Source: Syntrophales bacterium
GTDB taxonomy: Bacteria; Desulfobacterota; Syntrophia; Syntrophales; UBA2210
Assembly (NCBI GenBank): GCA_036825195.1
Contig: DAISYQ010000013.1
Span: forward strand, 4,286 to 68,285
Length of the DNA: 64,000 bases
Reading direction: 5' to 3'
Both the position numbers and the translations under genes were made by a program. Below are positions 1 through 6,721 of this stretch, piece after piece. How positions within the stretch are numbered: position 1 is the first letter of the stretch; every line of letters starts with the position of its first letter. The notes beneath the pieces were generated by a model, which made no database searches, was not told where the DNA came from, and worked only from the letters and a program-made list of their open reading frames with translations.

Positions 1-894
1 GTTACTGCAATCACTTTCAACATGGCGAGCATGAGTTCACCAGATGATCTTATGCGACCACTGGATGAAGCAAGAAACGCCAAGGTCGAGGACGAGTTGC
101 CGTTGCTATTTTTTGATGAGTTCGACTCATCAGTTGAGAACTACGGACTTCTGCTTCCTCTTCTATGGGATGGCTCGCTCAGTTTAGGCGAACGAGATCT
201 AAAGTTAGGCAAGACCGTCGTTGTCCTCGCTGGCAGCAATCCAGCCCTTGAAGAGACCCTTACACATGCGAAGAGCATGGCAACAGATGTCCCCCTCCCG
301 CAGGGCATGACGTCCAAGGCTGTTGATCTCTTCTCTCGGATTAATGGCGCGGTTATCAGTATACCACCATTCTTCGAGCCGGCGAAGGGTATTGACCGAC
401 GCGCCGACAAAGTTGCCATCGGATGCCAGCTCCTAAAAAAAAGGTTCGGGAGCGACTTAGAGATGGTTCCGATAGCTTTGTTGCGAATGATCGCTGCTAC
501 GCGCTTTCGATACGGGGTTCGAAGCATCGCACACCTGATCGATCTTATCCCAAGCAGGAAGATTAAGAAAAAAGTCTTATCTCTTAATCAGTTGGGGCTT
601 CCCTTGGGTACACCAGCGGCGCTGAGGAAGAGCAGCTTAGCCTATCATGTCATAGACGATGAGAACCATGCTCACGGTATTGTCGACGCGTGGCAGAGCG
701 CCTCAAAGCACTCAGGTTTGGTGCCCATCCACACTGCATTCAGAGGGAGAGAGTATGAAGGCCGGGGTGATGCCGGCGACTTCTTCCTGAAAATGCGGCT
801 GGCATTTGAATTGGAGCGCCTATCCGATGACACTCCCAGACCAATAAGAAAGAGTGGTACCACCAAGAAGACCCATAGCAAGAAGAAAGCCTAA
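1..894 (+). CDS. AAA+ ATPase family protein, 3' part (5' end upstream of window)
   Basis: Frame 1 is open from nt 1. Walker-B-like LLFFDEFD is followed by VVVLAGSNP. The TAA stop (892-894) lies inside the R'' box of the following attC-like site. Confidence 0.6.
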   Translation, partial: VTAITFNMASMSSPDDLMRPLDEARNAKVEDELPLLFFDEFDSSVENYGLLLPLLWDGSLSLGERDLKLGKTVVVLAGSNPALEETLTHAKSMATDVPLPQGMTSKAVDLFSRINGAVISIPPFFEPAKGIDRRADKVAIGCQLLKKRFGSDLEMVPIALLRMIAATRFRYGVRSIAHLIDLIPSRKIKKKVLSLNQLGLPLGTPAALRKSSLAYHVIDDENHAHGIVDAWQSASKHSGLVPIHTAFRGREYEGRGDAGDFFLKMRLAFELERLSDDTPRPIRKSGTTKKTHSKKKA

Positions 895-948
895 CAAGGC
901 TAATACAACCGACGCAAAAAGCCGTGCGGCTGATTAGCAACGTTCGGC
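889..948 (+). repeat. attC-like integron recombination site (60 nt)
   Basis: GCCTAAC-aag-GCTAAT ... ATTAGC-aac-GTTCGGC. RYYYAAC-type and GTT-type outer boxes, paired inner boxes and an imperfect central stem. It overlaps the stop codon of the upstream gene. Confidence 0.75.
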
Positions 949-961
949 AAAAGGAGAAGAG

Positions 962-1438
962 ATGATGAAGATTTTTCTGATCACCGCCCTCGCGATGTTT
1001 ACTGCGATACTACCCTTGCAAGCAGCGGGCAACATGAAAGCATTTCCGCCGGCCGAGGCGGGCATTGTTCGCCATGTCTTGCAGTTGCCGCAGCAGAAGG
1101 AAGAAGCTGGATTCAAAATGGAACTGATCGTGGGCAAGACGGTTGAGGTCGACAAGGGCAACAGGTACTTCTTTGGCGGCAAGATCAAGGCAGAAACGAT
1201 CAAGGTATGGGGCTTTACTCGGTACATTGTCTCCAAACTTGGGCCCATGGCGGGTACGCTGGTGGCAATCGATCCGAACGCGCCAAAAGAGAGACGCTTC
1301 GTCCCGCTGGGGGGCGAACCCTACCTCATCCGCTATAACAGCCGCTTGCCCATCGTGATCTACGCACGAGAAGGTGTTGAGGCCCGCTATCGGATATGGG
1401 CAGCTGATACTGAGGCAACCCCGATTCCTGAAGGCTGA
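962..1438 (+). CDS. eco: ecotin-family serine protease inhibitor (secreted)
   Basis: Signal peptide plus blocks matching E. coli ecotin by eye: FPPAEAGIVRHVLQL, KMELIVGKTVEVD, IRYNSRLPIVIY, ARYRIW. AGGAG RBS upstream. Confidence 0.9.
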   Translation: MMKIFLITALAMFTAILPLQAAGNMKAFPPAEAGIVRHVLQLPQQKEEAGFKMELIVGKTVEVDKGNRYFFGGKIKAETIKVWGFTRYIVSKLGPMAGTLVAIDPNAPKERRFVPLGGEPYLIRYNSRLPIVIYAREGVEARYRIWAADTEATPIPEG

Positions 1439-1450
1439 GATCAAGCGTGG

Positions 1451-1730
1451 GGGAAATCGGGGGATACCATACTTATTCTCTTGACTTAACGTAACTTCAG
1501 CAAGAAGAAATTACAGAGATGCAAAGGCGCGAACATACAGGGCGACCACGTGGCCGCGTAAGTTTTGTCGAAAGTCTGGAGAGTTCGCTTGGTCGCTCTT
1601 TGAAACCAAAGAAGACGGGAAGAAAACCTAAGGATACAAACTAATAGGTAACAGTGTCCCCGGAATTTCCTAAAGGGAACGAAGAGTCCCGCAGATACAT
1701 TGTAAAGTGTAAGGGATGGTGTATTACGGA
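1451..1730 (+). repeat. Repeat family B, copy 1 (transposase-tail / integrase-tail remnant)
   Basis: Aligns by eye with 2808-3020 and 5201-5492 (GGGAAATCGGGGGANACCATACTT...TTGACTTAACGTAACTTCAGCAAGAAGAAATTA...). It ends in ...KSPADTL* when translated. Confidence 0.8.
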
Positions 1731-1807
1731 GTTCTGTATAACACCCCCTCATAAATAATGAATAATTTGATTATCAATATATGATTAGATACTTAAGAAC
1801 TGTTTTT

Positions 1808-1887
1808 TTGTAACAGCATAGGCGGTTTATACAGTTTCATTAACTGTATTTCGGTTTTATAAGAAAACTGTCTATTTAATGTTAGGC
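1808..1887 (+). repeat. possible degenerate attC-like site
   Basis: TTGTAAC ... GTTAGGC outer boxes. Short TAACA/TGTTA and ATAG/CTAT pairings only, so the structure is weak. Confidence 0.3.
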
Positions 1888-1926
1888 TAATATTAGGAAG
1901 TCGAATGGCGGGAGAAATTTAAAAAA

Positions 1927-2685
1927 ATGATAGAGGAACCTGCTTTTAGGTTTTCGCTGATTATCCCGGCTCATAATGAGCAGGACTATCTTCCCGCGTT
2001 GCTTGACACAGTGGATATCGCTCGACGTAATTATAATTGTGGCAGAAATGCAATTGAAGTAATTGTTACTGATAATGACTCTACCGACAAAACTTCAGAG
2101 ATAGCCAGAACTCGTGGGTGTGTGCTTGTTCACGAAGAAAAACGCGTCATAGCGGCTGTACGCAATGCCGGTGCAACTGTCGCCCGGGGAGATATCCTAA
2201 TGTTTGTAGACGCCGACAGCCAAATCCATCCCAATACATTTAACGCAATTGATCATGCGATGTTAAACAATAGAATCATAGCTGGTTCAACCGGTGTCCG
2301 TATGGAGCGTATGTCCTTTGGTATCGCGATGGCATATATGTTCATGGTACCTATGATATGGGTAACAGGCATGGACACGGGAGTTGTTTTTTGTTGGCGG
2401 AATGATTTTGAGGCCATAGGCGGGTACAATGAGCAAAAGCTGTTCGCTGAAGATGTTGATTTCCTTTGGCGATTAAAAAGGTTGGGCAACACCCGTGGAC
2501 AAAGATTGACAAGAGTAACTTCTACCAAGGCAGTAACATCCATGCGAAAATTTGATCAGTATGGAGACTGGCATTATTTTACCCTGATCGCATATGCACT
2601 ATATGCAATGTGTTTCTCATTCAAGCGCGTTGAGAACTTCGCAAAAAAATATTGGTATGATGATCTGAATAGAGATAAAGATTAA
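1927..2685 (+). CDS. glycosyltransferase family 2 protein
   Basis: FSLIIPAHNE, VIVTDNDSTDKT and FVDADS (DxD) motifs. AT-rich relative to the neighbouring genes. Confidence 0.85.
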   Translation: MIEEPAFRFSLIIPAHNEQDYLPALLDTVDIARRNYNCGRNAIEVIVTDNDSTDKTSEIARTRGCVLVHEEKRVIAAVRNAGATVARGDILMFVDADSQIHPNTFNAIDHAMLNNRIIAGSTGVRMERMSFGIAMAYMFMVPMIWVTGMDTGVVFCWRNDFEAIGGYNEQKLFAEDVDFLWRLKRLGNTRGQRLTRVTSTKAVTSMRKFDQYGDWHYFTLIAYALYAMCFSFKRVENFAKKYWYDDLNRDKD

Positions 2686-2708
2686 AAAGATCATGAATAA
2701 GTTCTATT

Positions 2709-2775
2709 GTCCAACCTTTGCATCAAGTCGGATTTGGCTAAAAAACAGCCAAACCGCTTATGCAACCCGTTATAA
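2709..2775 (+). repeat. attC-like integron recombination site (67 nt)
   Basis: GTCCAAC ... GTTATAA. The arms TGCAT(C)AAG(T)CGG(A)TTTGGCT / AGCCAAACCGCTTATGCA pair, with three unpaired bases on the 5' arm as in canonical attC. Confidence 0.75.
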
Positions 2776-3020
2776 AACCTATATCAATCTAGGGATTGAA
2801 GAAAATGTAATCGGGGGACACCATACTTGTTTTCTTGACTTAACGTAACTTCAGCAAGAAGAAATTACAGAGATGCAAAGGCGTGAACATACAGGGCGAC
2901 CACTTGGCAACGTAAGTTTTGTCGAAAGTCTGGAGAGTTCGTTTGTGTTTAATCAGGGTCCAAAGAAATTTAAGAACCCTGCAGATACATTGTAAAGTGT
3001 AAGGGGATGGTGTAGTACGT
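2770..3020 (+). repeat. Repeat A (truncated) + repeat B (internally deleted), copy 2
   Basis: TTATAAAACCTATATCAATC... begins at the G|TT of the attC-like site. The B part joins ...LESSF directly to VFNQGPKKFKNPADTL*. Confidence 0.8.
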
Positions 3021-3091
3021 AGTTGTTTCAGCTATGTTTGGCTTTTATACAGAAACTATATAAACACTGTTATAACCTCAGGAAACTAATC

Positions 3092-3541
3092 ATGATTATC
3101 CGAAAAATCAAAGAAAGTGAACTAAATCAACTTATTGAACTATACTTTCATTATACCCATGAAGATAATTTACCAACTTTAGCGCCTGATAAAATCCGAG
3201 AAATATGGAAGCAGATTGAATCAAATCCTTTGATAAATTACTTTGTCCTGGAAACTGAAAACAAGATAGTAGCATCCTGTATTCTCTCAATTACTCCATC
3301 ATTCATAAGAGGTGGCGATGGTTATGGGTTAATTGAACATGTTGTAACGCATACTGATTATCGACAAAGAGGATTTGGGAAAGCAATTGTTAAATTTTCT
3401 TTGGATTATGCGTGGAATAATGGATGTACGGAGGTTATGCTGTTATCGGGATCTCATCTCAAGAGAGCACATGCTATGTATGAAAAATTAGGGTTTGATA
3501 AATTTCGAAAAACTGGGTTTATTATGTATAAGCCCAGATAA
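3092..3541 (+). CDS. GNAT family N-acetyltransferase
   Basis: YRQRGFGKAIV acetyl-CoA motif. ATG at 3092 is preceded by AGGA. The ORF-track start at 3023 lies inside repeat B. Confidence 0.85.
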   Translation: MIIRKIKESELNQLIELYFHYTHEDNLPTLAPDKIREIWKQIESNPLINYFVLETENKIVASCILSITPSFIRGGDGYGLIEHVVTHTDYRQRGFGKAIVKFSLDYAWNNGCTEVMLLSGSHLKRAHAMYEKLGFDKFRKTGFIMYKPR

Positions 3542-3578
3542 TTGTATATGTGAATTAATTAAAAATGTTATAAAAAAA

Positions 3579-3632
3579 GCCTCCACCCGGGCGCAATCGC
3601 CACTCGATGAGTGGAAGTACAATGTTTACGGC
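3579..3632 (+). repeat. possible degenerate attC-like site
   Basis: It starts GCCTCCAC and ends GTTTACGGC (compare GCCTAAC...GTTCGGC at 889-948). There is a central CCACTC-gat-GAGTGG hairpin, and the outer pairing is poor. Confidence 0.3.
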
Positions 3633-3705
3633 AAATTCATCATTTTACAAAAATCATCGTAGCGCCTGATGCCGGTATTAAGCACGCGATCACATGGACT
3701 GATAC

Positions 3706-4446
3706 ATGCTTCGAAGGAATGGTATGGTATCGAAACCAGATAATCAAAAGGCAGCTCAAACAGCGTCTCCTCGCCATTGGATCGGTGTAGTTGTGGTGTA
3801 TCTTTCCATCCCACTGGTTCTATTGGTATGCGGAGGGGATTTCGGTTGGTGGCAGGCGTGGGTCTATTCTCTGCTGATCGTTGCCGCCGGCATAGGGGGG
3901 CGCATTTTGGCGGAACGGCGGCATCCGGGGTTGATGGCCGAACGACAAAACATTGAGAAGATCCAACAAAGTGCGAAAGCTTGGGACAAAGTGCTTGCTC
4001 CGCTGATGGCGCTGGGTTTAGTGTTCCCATTGGTTATTGTGGCAGGGCTCGATCACCGCCGTGGCTGGTCCCCCGTATTTCCGCTATGGCTCATTGTGCT
4101 CGGCTTCATCTTGATCACGCTAGGATACGCTTTCTCTTCGTGGGCATTGGCAGAGAACCGCTTTTTTTCCAGCGTGGTGCGTATTCAGACGGATCGAGGG
4201 CATGTGGTGTGTGACAGTGGCCCATATCGGATTGTTCGGCATCCGGGCTATGCTGGAAATATTCTGCCACTGCTGGGTATTGTGCTGGCCTTAGACTCGG
4301 TGTGGACACTCATTCCGGCGACCGTGGCGTTGATCATCACGGTGATCAGAACCGCGCTGGAAGACCAGACTCTACAGGAAGAGTTGCCAGGGTATCAGGA
4401 ATATACGCGGCGCGTGCACTATCGGTTGATTCCGGGGATTTACTGA
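3706..4446 (+). CDS. isoprenylcysteine carboxyl methyltransferase (ICMT/PEMT) family membrane protein
   Basis: Multi-TM protein with the C-terminal RIVRHPGYAGNIL motif typical of ICMT-like methyltransferases. Confidence 0.8.
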   Translation: MLRRNGMVSKPDNQKAAQTASPRHWIGVVVVYLSIPLVLLVCGGDFGWWQAWVYSLLIVAAGIGGRILAERRHPGLMAERQNIEKIQQSAKAWDKVLAPLMALGLVFPLVIVAGLDHRRGWSPVFPLWLIVLGFILITLGYAFSSWALAENRFFSSVVRIQTDRGHVVCDSGPYRIVRHPGYAGNILPLLGIVLALDSVWTLIPATVALIITVIRTALEDQTLQEELPGYQEYTRRVHYRLIPGIY

Positions 4447-4523
4447 AGGGGCTCATCTGTGCGATTTGATGGGGCGGGTAGGAAGGGTTCGTTTTCAGAA
4501 TGTGCAAGAGAGCGTGTAAGAGC

Positions 4524-4582
4524 GCCCGACAATTCGCTCAAGCACAAAGCTCAAACTTGGGCTTTGCTTAATCGGCTTCGGC
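4524..4582 (+). repeat. degenerate attC-like site (59 nt)
   Basis: GCCCGAC ... AAGCA(C)AAAGC-loop-GCTTTGCTT ... GCTTCGGC. Same length and end sequence (TTCGGC) as the site at 889-948. Confidence 0.45.
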
Positions 4583-4590
4583 CATCTCAA

Positions 4591-4648
4591 TTATAACCCG
4601 AATTTACTTTAACCTCGGCTAGGCGCGCGTCTTAGCTTTACGTTCTGC
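4591..4648 (+). repeat. possible attC-like site (58 nt)
   Basis: TTATAAC is the exact complement of the GTTATAA boxes at 2769 and 5115, and the site ends in GTTCTGC. Internal pairing is weak. Confidence 0.3.
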
Positions 4649-4663
4649 TCATAAATGGTGAAT

Positions 4664-5083
4664 ATGGAAATTAGACCATTTGATCCAAATGATGAGGAAT
4701 CTGTGATCCGACTGTGGACCGCTTGTGGTCTGGTCGTTCCCTGGAATAATCCTCATCGTGATATTCAGCGCAAGCTTAAAATTCAACCGGATATGTTCCT
4801 TGTCGCATGTTCCGACGGCCAGGTCATTGCCACGGTCATGGCTGGGTACGATGGCCATCGCGGTTGGATCAATTATCTTGCTGTTCATCCACAACACCGG
4901 CACTCTGGGATTGGCAAACTGATGATGGACGAAGCCGAAAGTCGGCTTCGATCTGCTGGCTGCCCAAAGATTAACCTGCAGGTGCGCGGCACAAATGCTT
5001 CGGCGATCCGGTTTTACGAGAGAATTGGTTTCAAGAAAGACGATGTCGTGAGCCTCGGAAAACGTCTGGAACCGGATAATTGA
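4664..5083 (+). CDS. ypeA: GNAT acetyltransferase, YpeA-like
   Basis: MEIRPF..LW..C.L..PWNDP..DI.RK...Q...FLVA..G.V..TVM.GYDGHRG..YLAVHP......GI...L....E..L...GCPKI.L.V collinear with E. coli YpeA by eye. Confidence 0.85.
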   Translation: MEIRPFDPNDEESVIRLWTACGLVVPWNNPHRDIQRKLKIQPDMFLVACSDGQVIATVMAGYDGHRGWINYLAVHPQHRHSGIGKLMMDEAESRLRSAGCPKINLQVRGTNASAIRFYERIGFKKDDVVSLGKRLEPDN

Positions 5084-5121
5084 GCAGAACATGCGTGTGT
5101 AAGAGACACGCGGCGTTATAA
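5084..5121 (+). repeat. short attC-like site
   Basis: GCAGAAC-atGCGTG...CACGC-ggc-GTTATAA. The R'' side forms a perfect 9-nt inverted pair with GTTCTGCTC at 4642-4650, bracketing the ypeA-like gene. It is unusually short for an attC. Confidence 0.4.
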
Positions 5122-5492
5122 AACCTATATCAATCCAGGATTGAAGAAATTAAAGAATGAAATCGAAAATCCAAAACCGGTTATCGCATCCCATAGTTTC
5201 TGGGAAATCGGGGGAAACCATACTTATTTTCTTGACTTAACGTAACTTCAGCAAGAAGAAATTATAGAGATGCAAAGGTACGAACATACAGGACGACCAC
5301 TTGGCAGCGTAGGTTTTGTCGAAAATCTTGAGAGTTCACTCGGTCGCCCTTTGAAACCGAAAAAGGCGGTAAGGAAACCTAATGTGGGTACGATATCAGA
5401 ACGATTCAAGAACTGCTCGGGCATAAAGACATAAAAACCACGATGATCGACACCCATGTGCTTAATCAGGGTCCAAAGGGATTTAAGAGCCT
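5116..5492 (+). repeat. Repeat A + repeat B, copy 3 (most complete)
   Basis: It begins at the G|TT of the preceding attC-like site and aligns with copies at 1451-1730, 2770-3020 and 6427-6512. Confidence 0.85.
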
Positions 5493-5496
5493 TTAA
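5386..5496 (+). pseudogene. tyrosine recombinase (IntI-like) C-terminal remnant
   Basis: Translates to [36 protein letters not shown]. This is box II of tyrosine recombinases with the catalytic Tyr replaced by Asp (GAC 5449-5451). A stop lies immediately upstream. Confidence 0.7.
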
Positions 5497-5599
5497 TAAT
5501 TTTAGTCAATGGACTATCCCTGGTTTAAAACCTGAACATACAAAAGCAATAGATATAGTTAGACGAAAAGTTGTAGGATAGTATCTTGTTTATTATTAC

Positions 5600-5658
5600 T
5601 CACAACATCAGTTTCAACAAGGACGGGCTGCGCCCGCCTGTTAAACTGCGCGTTAGAT
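5600..5658 (+). repeat. attC-like site (59 nt)
   Basis: TCACAAC-atca-GTTT(C)AACA(A)GG(A)CGGGC-tgc-GCCCGCCTGTTAAAC-tgcgc-GTTAGAT. Central stem with unpaired bases on the 5' arm and a perfect GTTRRRY box. Confidence 0.45.
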
Positions 5659-5730
5659 TTCTTCGTACGGCAAAGGATCATCTTTTATATTCATGTTTCA
5701 AAAATATTAAAAACAATCTATTGTGAACCT

Positions 5731-5830
5731 TTATTGTCAAATTATGCTTCAGTATATCATTTTACAGAAAGAGGTTTCGCTTATTGTCAAATTATGCTTC
5801 AGTATATCATTTTACAGAAAGAGGTTTCGC
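5731..5830 (+). repeat. perfect 2 x 50-bp tandem duplication
   Basis: TTATTGTCAAATTATGCTTCAGTATATCATTTTACAGAAAGAGGTTTCGC occurs twice, head to tail. It contains a TTGTCA/TATCAT promoter-like pair and a GAAAGAGG RBS. Confidence 0.95.
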
Positions 5831-5831
5831 T

Positions 5832-6293
5832 ATGTTGAATCTAAAAAAAATTGCTCTTTTCGCCTTTATTATCTTAGGTATAAATATTAGTGCATATTGT
5901 GCAGATTTAGAATCAGCTGCGTATAATGGCGATAAGCAGAAAGTAATCCAAATATTAAAAACAAAGCCAGATATAAATCATCGAGATAGTTTTGGTGGAA
6001 CTGCGTTGCATGGCGCGATGTTCCAAAAAGACTTATCGATAATTGAGATGTTGCTAGATTATGGTTTTGATCCAAATGCTAAAGGTATAAGGAATGGTTA
6101 TACACCTCTGCATGATGCAGTATGGGCAACAAATATAGACGCTGTAAAACTCCTCTTAAGACGAGGAGCAAAACCAGACATAAAAAATAATGATGGATTA
6201 ACGGCTTATAGCTTTGCTAAAAATAATGGGAAAAACGAAATAGCCAAATATATAAAAGAATATTCGGAAAAAAAGAATTTGAGCTATGAATAA
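5832..6293 (+). CDS. secreted ankyrin-repeat protein
   Basis: MLNLKKIALFAFIILG signal peptide, then GGTALHGA...LL..G.DPN and GYTPLHDA...LLL..GA.PD ankyrin repeats. About one-third G+C by eye. Confidence 0.85.
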   Translation: MLNLKKIALFAFIILGINISAYCADLESAAYNGDKQKVIQILKTKPDINHRDSFGGTALHGAMFQKDLSIIEMLLDYGFDPNAKGIRNGYTPLHDAVWATNIDAVKLLLRRGAKPDIKNNDGLTAYSFAKNNGKNEIAKYIKEYSEKKNLSYE

Positions 6294-6307
6294 GGTCAAA
6301 GGTTGAA

Positions 6308-6432
6308 ATCCAACATCTCATCAAGTGGGATGCTTCCCGTCCTTTGCGGTAGATTGTTTGTGCGATTGAGGTTTAATTGATTTGCTAATAGAGTCTGTAT
6401 CGCGGGTTGTGCGGTTGAACGTATCATTAAAA
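6308..6432 (+). repeat. possible long degenerate attC-like site
   Basis: It starts ATCCAAC, a 6/7 complement of the GTTAGAT that opens this unit. It ends at ATTAAAA where repeat A restarts. Pairing is only partial. Confidence 0.25.
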
Positions 6433-6512
6433 AACCTATATCAATCCGGGATTGAAGAAATTGAAGAATGAAATCGAAAATTCAAAACCGGTTGTCGCTT
6501 CTCGTAGCTTCC
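6427..6512 (+). repeat. Repeat A, copy 4 (no B part)
   Basis: TTAAAAAACCTATATCAATCCGGGATTGAAGAAATTGAAGAATGAAATCGAAAATTCAAAACCGGTTGTCGC aligns with 5116-5205. Confidence 0.75.
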
Positions 6513-6593
6513 AGCCGGCAGGAACGGCAGCCGGTTCACGCCTCTGTAACCTGTCCGAACAGAAAAAATATAGATCATATAAAAGACAATCTT

Positions 6594-6708
6594 TGAACTG
6601 AACAGTGAGCGCATTCCCCGCTGCTTGCGGCGGGGTTAGCGAGTGAATAAAGATACATTTTCCTTAACAGTCGGAGATCCCCCGTAACTTGTTGCGGGGA
6701 GCTTCAAT
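6594..6708 (+). repeat. 115-nt double-hairpin element, left copy
   Basis: 9 substitutions and no indels against 61373-61487 by manual alignment. Two 8-bp GC stems, each capped by a CTTG loop. Confidence 0.9.
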
Positions 6709-6721
6709 ACGAGGATTTTGC

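Noticed and set aside
1486-1752. 88-aa and 69-aa minus-strand ORFs inside repeat B (1486-1752 and 5248-5457).
   Set aside because: They are not conserved between the repeat copies because indels break them. The plus-strand translation gives recognisable transposase and recombinase tails instead.
3542-3573. GTTATAA at 3567 as the R' box of an attC belonging to the first GNAT gene.
   Set aside because: Only about 25 nt separate the stop codon from the box. No RYYYAAC partner or stem can be formed, and the AT-rich heptamer is likely there by chance.
5784-5831. Longer N-terminus (MSNYASVYHFTERGFA) for the ankyrin protein.
   Set aside because: The extension is created by the second copy of the 50-bp duplication. 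The ATG at 5832 is followed by a proper signal peptide and preceded by the GAAAGAGG RBS.
6611-6708. Reading the two hairpin units (about 35 nt each, separated by about 30 nt) as a two-repeat mini-CRISPR array.
   Set aside because: The two units are only about two-thirds identical to each other. The supposed spacer is itself conserved in the second copy at 61373-61487. No cas genes or further repeats are present. This behaves as one 115-nt repeated element and not as a CRISPR array.
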